Notes under the pieces: generated by a model
Seen by the model: only the letters and a program-made list of their open reading frames with translations
The model's database searches: none
Told to the model about the DNA's origin: nothing
Part shown: positions 1 to 11,796 of the stretch, one piece after another
Position numbering within the stretch: the first letter of the stretch is position 1
Layout of the letters: every line of letters starts with the position of its first letter
Position numbers and translations under genes: made by a program
NCBI RefSeq assembly: GCF_018977255.1
Contig: NW_024704742.1
Span: forward strand, 8,310,001-8,374,000
DNA: 64,000 nucleotides
Reading direction: 5' to 3'
Source of the DNA: Callorhinchus milii
Lineage: Eukaryota

Positions 1-138
1 TTGATGCCCCTTTTAACCATAAAAAAAATTCACTGTGGGCACTAATAATTGTCAGGGTTACATATAACCTTTATTTCAGCCTCCAAACTCCAAGCAAGTG
101 ATGGGATTGTGGTGAGTTGAAGCTCATCTTAAAATATA

Positions 139-450
139 TAATCCTTGCATTTGATATAGCGCCTTATCATCTCTTCGAGACGTCTCAAAGTGCTTCACAG
201 AATATACTGTAAAGTGAACTGACTGTATATTTTGTGGGCAAATGCGGCAGCCAACTGCGCATAGCAGTGTCACACAGTTGTGGATTGAGTGACCAAATTA
301 TTATTTTTCTTTTTAATTTTTTTGAAGGGATTATTACCCCAGGAAAAGTGATCTGCCAATCAACTAACAACTGGATTCCTACTTTGCTAGGTGAATAGAG
401 GTATGTGGAGTTAGGAAACTTGCCTAAGGTTTTGCCGTCTTTCCCCACAT
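139..450 (-). mobile_element. tRNA-derived Deu-type SINE, long subfamily (5'-truncated)
   Basis: Tail ...gcgctatatcaaatgcaaggatta and core caattggctgccgc-like sequence on the minus strand. Confidence 0.8.
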
Positions 451-995
451 TCAGGGCATGTTGTGTTCAGATCAGAAACAGGGGTCAATCTGACTAAACC
501 AGCTCACAGAATCCTTGAGCCATGTTGGGGAGGGGGAGGCAGTGGACAATTATCCAATGTGGGACTCTAACTGATTTTCCATCCTGCCCAAAACCAAGGC
601 AAACTAAGGCTCCTACCTGGCTGAGGTTAATAACCAACACACCAGGGTTCCACTAACTTTGTGTGGCTTTGTGCTGCACCTGGTACATCCCACTCTGTGT
701 GACTGAGTATTGGGTATGGATGCAGTCTGACTGGTGGATGGAGTTACGCAGAGTGAGAGGGACTTGGAGAAACATCAGTACAGATACAAGCAGACACCGT
801 GAGCTGGCCGAGAGGGAACTGGACATTCATCAGTAGAGGTGAAGTCAGACCCAACAGTGCGCTGTCTGGGAGGAGATACTGAGCCTGACAGTATGAGAAA
901 CTGAAGAGAACGATGCTGCAAGTGAGAGGTTTCATCTTTAGCAAGAGTTCTGTTGAAGAGTCCTTGGTTTTGCTCAGCCTTGAATTGCAGGATGG

Positions 996-1055
996 TCAGC
1001 CCCACGCCTGTGACTTGCAGTAATGTAACACCAGCTTTCCATCGCTTCCGAAACA
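996..1055 (-). CDS. ATG12: ATG12 exon 4 (C-terminal conjugating Gly, stop)
   Basis: CFGSDGKLVLHYCKSQAWG* is the canonical ATG12 C-terminus; TGA at 998-996. Confidence 0.96.
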   Translation of the reverse strand, partial: CFGSDGKLVLHYCKSQAWG

Positions 1056-1092
1056 CTGGGAGAGAGAACGAGGTTAGAGCTTCCAACATCAG

Positions 1093-1630
1093 ACTCATAG
1101 AATTTTACAGTACAGAAAGAGGCCATTTGCCCACTGTGCCTGGGCCGGCTCTTTGGAAGAGCTATCCAACTAGTCCCAGACTCCCCCTTTTACTCCAAAG
1201 CTCTGCAAATTTTTCATTTTCAAATTCCCTTTTGAAAGCTATTATCGATTCTGCTTGCACCACCCTTTCAGGTAGTGCATTCCAGACCGTAACAACTCTC
1301 TGGATAAAAGTATATCTCCTCATCTCCCCTCTGGTTCTTTTGTCATATTATCTTCAATCTATGTGCCCTGGTTACTGACCCACTGGCCGGAGGAAACAGT
1401 TCCTCTCGATCTACTCTATCAAAACCCCCATGATTGTGAACACCTTTATTAAATTTCCTCTTAACCTTCTCTGCTTTAAGGAGAATAATCCAATCTTCTC
1501 TAGTCTCTCCATACAAGTGTAGTCCCTCATCTCTGGTATCATTCTTGAAAATCTTCTCTGCACCCTCTCCAAGGTCCTTTCTGAAGTGTGGTGCCCAGAT
1601 TTGGACACAATACTCCAGCTGAGGCCTAAC
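1093..1630 (-). mobile_element. CR1 LINE 3' fragment
   Basis: RT C-terminus RPQLEYCVQIWAPHFRKD / LERVQRRF / LFSLKQRRLRG; attctatg-type 3' tail. Confidence 0.88.
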
Positions 1631-2139
1631 ATCACACAGACAAATCCGAAACCCAAGCACATTATATTACAATAAGAAGAAGTCCTGCATTTTATTTCAA
1701 CATGAAAATGTTTCAAAGAGCATTGGGGAGAGTTACTGTTGTGTAGTAATTGCATCACTAGGCAAACGTTACAGCAATTTTGCACACAACAATGTCCCCT
1801 TCAAAGAGGCATGCATTGAATAACCAAGTTATCTGGGGGATTGCTTCCCACACACTGGGAAAAATTCTCATCTCTTTCCCACAATGTCGCAGGAATGCCA
1901 ACATGAGCAGGTGCAGATCTGCTCACCTGAAAGACAGCAACTCCGTAATAATAATTCCTGCATTTGATATAGTGCCTTATCACGTCTTCAAGGCATCTCA
2001 AATGCTTCACACAATATACTATAAAGTGAATTGACTGTATTTTTTGGATGAAACACAGTGGCCAATTGCTCACAGCATTGTCCCGCAAACATTCAGGGAT
2101 TGAGTGACCATGCAACAACAACAAAATTACATTTGTATA

Positions 2140-2725
2140 TGATGAACACTGGTTAGGCCTCAGCTAGAGACTGTGTTCAGTTCTGGGCGCCACACTTTAG
2201 GAAGGATGTCAAGGCATTGGAGAGGGTGCAAAGGAGGGTACCAGGAATGAGGGACTTCAGTTGTTAGGAGAGGCGAGAGAAGCTAGGATATTCTCCTTGG
2301 AGCAGAGAAGGTAAAAAGGAGATTTAATAGAAATTTTCAAAATTATGAAGGGATTTGATAGGATGAACAAGGAGAAACTATTTCCACTGGCGGGTGGGTC
2401 GGTAACGTGAGGACATTGATTTAAAATAGTTGTTAAAAGAAACAGAGGGGAGGTGAGGAGAAATGTTTTCACGCAGCGAGTTGATCTGGAATGCATTGCC
2501 TAAAAGGGTGATGGAAGTCGATTCTATAATAACTTTAGAGTGATATAATAATAATAATAAGTTCTATAAGTTCTATAATAATAAGAGATAATTATTTGGG
2601 GAGGACAAGTTTGCAGGGCTATGGAGAGAGAGTGGGGAGTGGAATTGATTTGGAAGCTCTTTTCAAAGAGCCGCCACAGACACGATGGACCGAACGGCCT
2701 CCTTCTGTGCTGTATAATTCTATGA
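2140..2725 (+). mobile_element. CR1 LINE 3' fragment
   Basis: ctggttaggcctcagctagag...gaacggcctccttctgtgctgtataattctatg. Confidence 0.85.
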
Positions 2726-3005
2726 ATATTAGTTGTTTCATTTTATTGTATTTTTGAAGAGATTATTACCCCGGAAAAGCGATCCGCCAATCGACTAAGA
2801 ACCAGGATCCTATTTACTGGTAAGTAAACAGGCGTATGGAGTAAGGAAAATTGCCCAACATTTCGCCCTGCTGGGAATCGAATACGAGTCCTCTCGCTTG
2901 TGAGGCGAGTGCTCTAACCACCACACTACAGAAAGCCACAATTCAGTGTTCCTCCAGTACAGAACAATCACAATGAACAGTAGTTATTCCCAATGACTCA
3001 CTCAC

Positions 3006-3068
3006 CTGGTACAGGGTTCCCACATCCTGTTCCGGAGAGGGAGCAAACGATTGATTGACGTAGATGAA
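3006..3068 (-). CDS. ATG12: ATG12 exon 3
   Basis: [21 protein letters not shown]; 63 nt; AG and GTGAG boundaries. Confidence 0.96.
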
Positions 3069-3343
3069 CTGAAGACAGAAAATAGTTGGGCTTTAGTCAC
3101 GATAATCTGTATAATTCACCGCCACCCACACACACACTCACCCCCACCCACCCACACCCTCACCAATCCATCCACACACTCGCCCCACCCACACTCACTC
3201 CCACATACACCCACCCACCCACACACCCTACCCACACACTCTCCCAGGCACACTCACCCACCCACCTCCACACTCTTCCCCCACCCATGCCTACTCACCC
3301 ACGCCCCCACCCACCCCCACACACACTGTTGCTGCCACCTTAC

Positions 3344-3480
3344 CAGCTGCTCTGCAGGTTCTGCTTTGAGAAATTTCTTGATGAACAGACTGAGCGCCTG
3401 GATTGTTCGTGATCGCTCCACCGTCCATTTCTTTTGCTTCATAATTGGTGTGTCACCCACAGCCTTCAATAACACGTCAA
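3344..3480 (-). CDS. ATG12: ATG12 exon 2
   Basis: (I)[47 protein letters not shown] acceptor at 3482-3481, GTAAG donor; 137 nt. Confidence 0.96.
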
Positions 3481-3751
3481 CTGTGTTTGGGGAGGAGAGA
3501 GACAACATGTGAGAGACATACATGTGCGCACATACACACATACAGTGAGACACAAGCATGCAACAACAAATTACATAATCGAGAGGAAGTCCCACCCACA
3601 CTGAGACACAGTTTTACACATAAACAAACTGTCACACTGACATACACAACAAGATACAGTCTCACACACACAGTAACACGCAAAGGGACACATACCAATG
3701 AGACACAGTCATACATACTGATCACAGACACAGTAACACATACATTGATAC

Positions 3752-4118
3752 TGGACTCCTGTAGCTTAGGGGTTAGAGCACTCGCCTCCCAAGTGGAAGG
3801 ACCTGGGTTTGACTCTCGGGCAGGGCAAAACTTTAGGCAAGTTTCTGTACTCCATCCGCCTCTGTTTACCTAGCAGTAAGTAGGAACCTGGTTGTTAGTC
3901 GATTGATGGATCGCTTTTCCCAGGGTTATAGCCCCTTCAAAAAATAAAGAATAATTTGGTCACTTCAATCCACGACTGTTTGTGGGACACTGCTGTGCAA
4001 TTGGCTGCCATGTTTAACCCACAAAATATTGTCAATTCACTTTACAGTATATTCTGTGAAGTGCTTTGACGTCTTGGAAGATGTGATAAGGCACTGTATC
4101 AAATGCAAGAATTATTAT
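3752..4118 (+). mobile_element. Full-length SINE, long subfamily
   Basis: tRNA-like head with A/B boxes, central gcctctgtttacctagcagtaagtaggaacc block, Deu-like core and (att)n tail. Confidence 0.85.
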
Positions 4119-4315
4119 CGTTTCTTAGACACATGGCCTCACAGTGATACTGACACACAGACACACAAGTGATACTGACACACAGACAGACAGTGATACT
4201 GACACACAGACAGACAGTGATACTGACACACAGACATACAGTGATACTGAGACAGACACACACTTATACTGACACACAGACACACAGTGATACTGAGACA
4301 CAGACACACAAACTT

Positions 4316-5640
4316 ATCATAGAATCATAGAATTTTACAGCACAAAAGGAGACCATTCGGCCCATCGTGTCTGAAAAGAGACGGCTTTGAAAAGAGCTAT
4401 CCAATTCAATCCCAATCCCCCACTCCCTCCCCATAGCCCTGCAAACTTGTCCTTCCCAAATAATTATCTACTTCTCTCTTAGAAGTTATCAAATCGACTT
4501 CCACCAGCCTTTCAAGCAATGCATTCCAGATCCAAACAACTCTGTGTGAAAACATTTCTCCTCACCTCCCTTGTTTGTTTTAACAACTATTTTAAATCGG
4601 TGTCCTCGGGTTGCCAACCCACCCGCCAGTGGAAATAGTTTCTCCTTGTTCATCCTTTCGAATCCCCTCATAATTTTGAAAATTTCAATTAAATCTCCTC
4701 TTACCCTCCTCTGCTCCAAGGAGAATAATCCCGGCTTCTCTATCCTCTCCTGATAACTGAAATCCCTCATTCCTGGTACCATCCTGGTCAATCTCCTTTG
4801 CACCCTCTCCAATGTCTTGACATCCTTCCTAAAGTGTGGGGCCCAGAACTGAACACAGTATCGAGCTGAGGCCTAACCAGTGTTTTATAAAGGTTCATCA
4901 TACCCCGTATGCTTTTTTAACAGCTTTATCTACCTGTCCTGCCACCTTCAAAGATTTACTTATATGAACCCTCAGGTCTCTCTGTTCCTTCACCCCCTTT
5001 AAGATTGTACCATCAGCTTATATTGCCTCTCCTTATTCTTCCTCCCAAAATACATCACTTTGCATTTCTCCACATTAAACTTCATCTGCAATGTATCTGC
5101 CCATTTTACCAGTCTGTCTATGTCCTCTTACAGTCTGCTACCATCTCACCATTTACTACTCCTAGCTTAGTATCATCTGCAAACTCGGAAATTGTCTTCC
5201 CAAAACTCACGTCCAGGTGATTTATATAGATCAAAAACAGCAGTGCCGACCCCTGGGTAACACCACTGCACACTTCCCTCTGTCAGAAAAACAACCGTTC
5301 ACTACCACCCTGTTTCTGTCTCCCAGCCAGTTCTGTATCCATGCAGTCACTGTTCCTTTCATACCGTGGGTTTCTAGTTTGTTTACAAATCTCTTATGAG
5401 GCACTTTATCAGATGCCTTTTGAAAATCATATAAACTACATCAACTGAACCACCTTCATCCATCCTCTCCGTTACTTCATCAAAAAACTCTTATCAGGTT
5501 TGTTAAACATGATTTGCGTTTAACAAATCTGTGTCAGCTGTACTTTATTATTTATCCTTCTGCCCCTTTTTGTACAAAAGAGTAACATTTGCAACCTTCC
5601 AGTTCCCTTGCAAACCCCCAGTGTCCAAAGAGGATTGAAA
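4316..5640 (-). mobile_element. CR1 LINE RT fragment
   Basis: [43 protein letters not shown]. Confidence 0.9.
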
Positions 5641-5928
5641 GACAGTGACTGACACAGTGACTGACAGTGACTGACACACACAGTGACTGACACACACACA
5701 GTGACTGACACACACAGTGAGACACACACACAGTGACTGACACACACACAGTGACTGACACACACAGTGAGACACACACACAGTGACTGACACACACACA
5801 GTGACTGACACACACACAGTGACTGACACACACACAGTGACTGACACACACACAGTGACTGACACACACACAGTGACAGACAGTGACTGACACACACACA
5901 GTGACACACAGTGACTGACAGTGACTGA
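5641..5928. repeat. Minisatellite (CAGTGACTGACACACACA)n
   Basis: Tandem ~18-nt units in ATG12 intron 1. Confidence 0.9.
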
Positions 5929-5982
5929 CGTGGTGACGGTATATGATCAGTTGCTGATGAAGCCGCAATGGCTTTTCCTCAC

Positions 5983-6139
5983 TTTTTTTCTTCATGTCCC
6001 CGTCAGCATCTCCCGGGGCTGAGCTGCCGGTGCCCGGGGGGGGGTCCGGGGCTGAGCTGCCGGTGCCCGGGGGGGAGGCCGGGGCCGGGGCCGGGGGGGA
6101 GGCCGGGGCCGAGACGCCTTCACTCTCCACGTCCGCCAT
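5983..6139 (-). CDS. ATG12: ATG12 coding exon 1 (model: 6139-5983, 3480-3344, 3068-3006, 1055-996; 417 nt, 138 aa)
   Basis: ATG at 6139 encodes MADVESEG...GDMKKK, a low-complexity N-terminus. GTGAG donor at 5982. Phase 1 joins exon 2 to give [13 protein letters not shown]. Confidence 0.93.
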
Positions 6140-6168
6140 TTATACACCGGAAACGGCAGTGACGTCAC
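6131..6168. promoter_or_regulatory. ATG12 proximal promoter motifs (CRE/ATF palindrome, ETS core, YY1-like site over ATG)
   Basis: GTGACGTCAC at 6159-6168, CCGGAA at 6147-6152, and AAATGGCGG on the minus strand overlapping the start codon; CpG-rich context. Confidence 0.55.
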
Positions 6169-6180
6169 CATCGAGCGTGT

Positions 6181-7262
6181 CAGAGAGAGGAGGGGGAGTG
6201 GGGGGGGAGAGGAGGGGGAGTGGGGGGAGGGAGGGAGGAGGAGTGGAGGAGGGGAGTGGGGGGAGAGGAGGAGGAGTGGGGGGGAGAGGGGGGAGGGGGG
6301 GAGTGGGGGGGAGGGGAGAGAGGAGGGGGAGTGGGGGGGAGGGGAGAGGAGGAGGGTGGGAGAGGGGGGAGGGGGGAGGGAGAGAGGAGGGGGGGGAGAG
6401 AGGAGGGGAGTGGGGGGGGGGGAGAGAGGAGGGGAGGGGAGAGCAGAGAGGAGGGGGAGTGGGGGGAGGGAGAGAGGAGGGGAGGGGGGGAGAGAGGAGG
6501 GGAGTGGGGGGGAGGGGAGAGAGGAGGGGAGTGGGGGAGGGGAGAGAGGAGGGGGAGGGAGAGCAGAGAGGAGGGGGAGTGGGGGAGGGGAGAGAGGAGG
6601 GGAGTGGGGGGGAGGGGAGAGAGGAGGGGGAGTGGGGGGAGGGAGAGAGGAGGGGGGTGGGAGAGGAGGGGAAAGAGGAAGGGAAGTGGGGGGGAGAGGG
6701 GGAGGGGAGAGGAGAAAGGAGGGGGAGTGGGAGAGGGAGGGGAGAGAGGAAGGGAAGTGGGTGGGAGAGGAGGGGGAGTGGGGGAGGAGGGGAGAGAGGA
6801 GGGGGAGTGGGAGAGAGGAGGGGATGGGGGGAGAGAGGAGGGGGGAGTGGGGGAGGGGAGAGAGGAGGGAGTGAGGGGGGAGGGGAGAGAGGAGGGGGAG
6901 TGGGGGGGAGGGGAGAGAGGAGTGGAGAGAGAACGGAGGGGGTGGGAGAGGGAGGGAGAGAGGAAGGGAAGTGGGAGGGGGTGGGGGAAAGGGGGAGTGG
7001 GGGGGGGGAGAGAGGAGGGGAGTGGGGGGAGGGGAGAGAGGAGGGGAGTGGGGGGGAGGGAGAGAGGGGTGGGGGGGGGAGGGGAGAGAGGAGTGGGAGA
7101 GGAGAAAGAGGAGGGGAGTGGGAGAGGAGGGGAGAGAGGAAGGGAGTGGGAGGGGTGGGGAGAGAGGAGGAGTGGGGGGAGGGAGGAGGAGGGGAGTGGG
7201 GGGAGGGAGAGAGGGGAGTGGGGGGAGGGGAGAGAGGAGGGGGGAGGGGTGGGGGGGAGAGA
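6181..7262. repeat. Polypurine (G/A) degenerate minisatellite, GGGGAGAGAGGAGGGGGAGT-like
   Basis: About 1.1 kb almost entirely G/A on the + strand with many G runs. Confidence 0.9.
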
Positions 7263-7647
7263 GATTATTACACCACCATTGGCGTCTCCATCCAAACCTT
7301 GTACAAGTGTGTGAGCAGAGCGTGTGTGTGTGTGTGTGTGTACACCCTTTTGGTGCTTTCAATNNNNNNNNNNNNNNNNNNNNNNNNNATAACCTCCGGA
7401 CTTTGATACAGAGCTTTATCAGATGGTTGAAAGATCTCAAAAGTGCTTCAAGGGGTTTGACTGTGGATACATATGAAGGCAAACTATTGTATTATTATGT
7501 TTTTATAAAAGAAAGCGATCCTCCAACCAATACCCTGAGTAAACAGAGGTTTGTGGAGTAAAGAAACTTGCCTAATGTTTTGTCCTGCCCGGAAATCAAA
7601 CCCAGTTCCTCTCACTTGCGAGGCGAGTGCTCTAAGTATTCCTGCCC

Positions 7648-7919
7648 TCACTGCTGTCCGGTGCCCTGTGCCCAGCCCTCCCGTGGGCTGGCACACACCC
7701 AGTAGCTGTCTGGCTGCAGGATCAGCCCGGAGCGGCCCTGGAGGTCGGGCAGGCCGTGCCCTGGCGCGGGGCAGAAGGTGAAGCGCTGGAGCAGCCAGCT
7801 GAGCAGGAGGAAGAGCTGAACCCGGGCCACAGCCTCGCCCACACACGCCCTGGGCCCCGCCCCGAACGGCAGGAAACCACCAGGAGAGACTCGATGGTCT
7901 CCACCATCCACAAACCTGT
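7648..7919 (-). pseudogene. CYP17-family cytochrome P450, last exon (exon 8 equivalent) of a 5'-truncated copy
   Basis: (D)RFVDGGDHRVSPGGFLPFGAGPRACVGEAVARVQLFLLLSWLLQRF...LPDLQG...*; heme motif FxxGxRxCxG; AG acceptor at 7921-7920. Frame is intact. Confidence 0.8.
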
Positions 7920-8099
7920 CTGTGTAACAGCAACAATGCAGCACATTTACACAGAGCCCTCCATACACACACACACACACCGGTCTGTGTAACAGCAACA
8001 ATGCAGCACATTTACACAGAGCCCTCCGTACACACACACACACATTCTGTGTGACAGAGGGGAACAACATCAAAAACAGCAATAACAGCAGCAACAACA

Positions 8100-8815
8100 C
8101 AGTAAGAACAACAACAGCAACACCAGCAGCGGCAACAGCAGTAACAACAACAACAAGATTATATTTGTATAGCGCCTTTCATGTCGGGAGGACGTCCCAA
8201 GGCGCTGGACAGTGTATACAGCATTTCAGACCCGAGCTGGGGTCGGGGGGGAAACGGAGGGGAGGGAGCGTGGCCGATGGCATGGTCGAAGAGGAGGGTC
8301 TTGAGGCGGGACTTGAAGAAGGCTAAGGAGGGGCGAGGCGGAGTGATTCAACAACAACAGCAGCAGCAACAACAACCCCGCAGAAGCGATAACAATAACA
8401 GCAGCAACAACAAACTTACATTTGTCTAACGCCTTTCGTGTCGGGAGGATGTCCCAAAGCGCTGGACAATCAGTGTTGCGGACCCGAGCTGCGGGTGCCC
8501 GGGTTGGGGATCAGGATTGGGAAGGGTAGAGAGCGGGGAGGGGGGGTGGGGGTGTGGAGGGTGACCAAAGGCACGTCGAAGAGGAGCGTCTTGAGACGGG
8601 TCTTGAAGGAGACAAGGGAGGGGGCGAAGCAGAGGGTCTGAGGGAGTTCCAGATGGTGGGGGCAGAGTGGCAAAAGACCAGCCTGAGGACAGTGGGGCGG
8701 GCAAGGCGGGGGATGTGAAGCAGGCCGGAGACCACTGAGCAGAGGGAGCGGGCAGGTCAGTAGGGACCTAGAAGCGTAGAGATAGCGGGGAGCAAGGCCA
8801 TGGAGCACTGCATGA
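8100..8815 (-). mobile_element. Two L2 LINE 3' ends with (GTT/GCT)n tails
   Basis: gggacgtcctcccgacatgaaaggcgctatacaaat 3' end; LVSFKTRLKTLLF-type RT terminus. Confidence 0.75.
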
Positions 8816-8941
8816 TCTGATGAGCAGCAACAGCAACAACACAGCAACAGAGCACGTTTATACACAGCACCCACGCACACACACACACACACTGCCCCTC
8901 ACATATACACACACTACCCGCCAAACACACACACCTGTTAC

Positions 8942-9045
8942 CTGGGTTAAAGCGCTCTGGATGGTCCCAGGTGACCGGGTTATGGTGAATGGCCCACATG
9001 TTGAGAATCACACGTGTGCCTTTTGGAATCGTATGTTCTCCAATA
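8942..9045 (-). pseudogene. CYP17-family P450 exon 7 equivalent
   Basis: IGEHTIPKGTRVILNMWAIHHNPVTWDHPERFNP contains the PERF motif. The 104-nt length and 2-to-1 phase match the recalled CYP17A1 exon 7. AG/GT boundaries. Confidence 0.82.
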
Positions 9046-9899
9046 CTAGACGTGAAAGAAGCATGTTACACCCTAATCCCAGACCGTCACATCACGCGAC
9101 ACCACATGGGGTTGAAAGGTTACCCACTGAATGGCCCCTCCTTTGTCTCCCACCTCACCCCCTCCCTTGTCTGCTTCAAGACCCATCTCAAGATCCTCCT
9201 CTTTACCATTCCCTCGGTCACCCTCCATCCCCCTGCCCTCCACCCTCCCCAATCCCGATCCTCAGCTCGGGCACCTGCAGCTCGGGGGATGGGGTGGAGA
9301 TTCGGTCGGGTTGAGTGTTGTGGCGGTTGGGGGGAAGGGAAGTGTGAGGGGGAGGAGAGTGTAAGGGGGAGGGGAGTGTAAGGGGGAGGGGAGTGTGAGA
9401 GAGGAAGGGGAGTGTGAGGAGAGAGGGGAGTGTGAGGAGGGAAGAGATGAGAAGGGGATTTGGGATAGGAGTTGGGGTTGTGGTGGGGTGGAGTGAGGGT
9501 GGTAGAGTGGTTGGGGTGGGGGTAGGAGTGGGTTTGTGTGGGGTAGGAGTGAGGTTTGGGTGGGGTAGGAGTTGGGTGTGGTTAGGTGGGTGGGGGTAGG
9601 AGGGTTGGTGAGTGGTTGGTGGGTGGTGAGTTGGGGTAGGAGTGGTGGGGAGAGTGGGTGGGTGGTAATGGTTTGGGTGGGGGTAGGAGTGGGTTTGGGT
9701 GGTGGTGGGTGGGTGGGGTAGGGTGGGGTAGTGGGGTTTGTGGGTAGGTGAGTTGGTGGGGTAGGAGTGGGGTTGTGGGGGGTTTGGGGGGTAGGAGTGG
9801 GTTTGGGTGGGGTAGGATGGGGGTGGTGGGTGGTTGGGGTGGGGGTAGGAGTGGGGTTTGGAGTGGGGGTAGGAGTGGGGTTTGGGGTGGGGGTATTAC

Positions 9900-9943
9900 C
9901 TGGTGTCTGCGAGGGCCACGTGGGGAATGAGGAGGGGAGCAAT
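9900..9943 (-). pseudogene. CYP17-family P450 exon 6, 3' remnant only
   Basis: IAPLLIPHVALADT(S) followed by a GTAAT donor. Upstream sequence is SINE, and the ExxR K-helix is absent. Confidence 0.75.
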
Positions 9944-9949
9944 GAATTC

Positions 9950-10130
9950 CTTCAAAAAATAATAATAAATTGGTCACTCAATCTACGACTGTTTGTGGAA
10001 TCTGCTGTGAGCAATTGGCTGTTGCGTTTGGCCCACAAAATACACAGTCACTACACTTTACAGTATATTTTGTGAAGCGATTTCAGACGCCTTGAAGATA
10101 TGATGAGGCGCTATATCAAATGCAAGGATC
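9950..10130 (+). mobile_element. SINE 3' half abutting the CYP17 exon-6 remnant
   Basis: aataataaattggtcactcaatctacgactgtttgtgg...gcgctatatcaaatgcaagga. Confidence 0.85.
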
Positions 10131-10132
10131 AA

Positions 10133-11131
10133 CACAGCAAGAGTGAGGGGGAGAGCACGGAGCAGGAGTGAGGGGGAGAGCACGGAGCAGGAGTGAGGGG
10201 GAGAGCACGGAGCAGGAGTGAGGGGGAGAGACGGAGCAGGAGTGAGGGGGAGAGCACGGAGCAGGAGTGAGGGGAGAGCACGGAGCAGGAGTGAGGGGGA
10301 GAGCACGGAGCAGGAGTGAGGGGGAGATCATCACAGCAGGAGTGAGGGGGAGAGCACGGAGCAGGAGTGAGGGGGAGATCATCACAGCAGGAGTGAGGGG
10401 GAGAGCACGGAGCAGGAGTGAGGGGGAGAGCACGGAGCAGGAGTGAGGGGGAGAGCATGGAGCAGGAGTGAGGGGAGAGCACGGAGCAGGAGTGAGGGGA
10501 GATCATCACAGCAGGAGTGAGGGGGAGAGCACGGAGCAGGAGTGAGGGGAGAGCACGGAGCAGGAGTGAGGGGGAGAGCACGGAGCAGGAGTGAGGGGGA
10601 GATCATCACAGCAGGAGTGAGGGGGAGAGCACGGAGCAGGAGTGAGGGGGAGAGCACGGAGCAGGAGTGAGGGGGAGAGCACGGAGCAGGAGTGAGGGGG
10701 AGATCATCACAGCAGGAGTGAGGGGGAGAGCACGGAGCAGGAGTGAAGGGGAGAGCACAGAGCAGGAGTGAGGGGGAGAGCACGGAGCAGGAGTGAGGGG
10801 GAGATCATCACAGCAGGAGTGAAGGGGAGAGCACAGAGCAGGAGTGAGGGGGAGAGCACAGAGCAGGAGTGAGGGGGAGATCACAGCAGCAGGAGTGAGG
10901 GGGAGAGCACGGAGCAGGAGTGAGGGGGAGAGCACGGAGCAGGAGTGAGGGGGAGAGCACGGAGCAGGAGTGAGGGGGAGATCATCACAGCAGGAGTGAA
11001 GGGGAGAGCACAGAGCAGGAGTGAGGGGGAGAGCACAGAGCAGGAGTGAGGGGGAGATCATCACAGCAGGAGTGAGGGGGAGAGCACGGAGCAGGAGTGA
11101 GGGGGAGAGCACGGAGCAGGAGTGAGGGGGA
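10133..11131. repeat. Minisatellite (GCAGGAGTGAGGGGGAGAGCACGGA)n with variant ATCATCACA units
   Basis: About 1 kb of 24-27-nt tandem units. Confidence 0.95.
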
Positions 11132-11796
11132 GACTGGATGTCAGCTCCGAGGCCAGGCTGACAGCCACTGGGCAGGTTATCGAATACAAACCACACTTAC
11201 GAACAACATTGTTCTATGAGCTGCTGGGGATACCAGTTCCCTGGGCTCCACTCTGCACTACTAACTCATGGCGGTCACTGAGCAGCGCTGCATCTGCACT
11301 TGATCATATTACAAATGACACATTTTCCAGATATCATCGGGGCTGTGTCTGGAAATCCCACGACAGACATCTCACCCCGTCCCTGTGCACAGCTTACACC
11401 AGGGATATGTCTGACACCCAACGCAGCTGAAACCCTTGTCCACGCCTTTGTCACCTCCCTCCTCACTTATTTTAATGTCCTCCTCACTGGTCTCCCCATC
11501 TCCACGACCCACAAACTACAACTGCTCCCAAACTCCACCTCCCATGTACTCATCACACTAATCCTCGCCAGACTCCACTGGCTCCCTATCTGTTGGATAC
11601 TGTTTTCAATGAGAGTGTTCAGACGAATGAGAGTTTCAAAAAAGTTTTATTCAGTCCTGCAAACAGCCGCAGTCCACCCACAACTTCCTCAGACCCTCAT
11701 GGCTGCAGAGAGCTTGTAAATCTGTTTAAGCTGTTTATCATATCTTAGCTCACTCATCATACACCCAAATATGTTGTTGTTTTGAGTTCAAACAAT

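Noticed and set aside
5992..7482. Long Pro/Ser/Leu- or Gly/Glu/Arg-rich ORFs (up to 496 aa)
   Set aside because: Translations of the polypurine tract, open in several frames on both strands and crossing an N gap.
11195..11300. Minus-strand GTAAGT donor at ~11200 as a missing CYP17 exon
   Set aside because: Upstream frames contain stops and show no P450 similarity.
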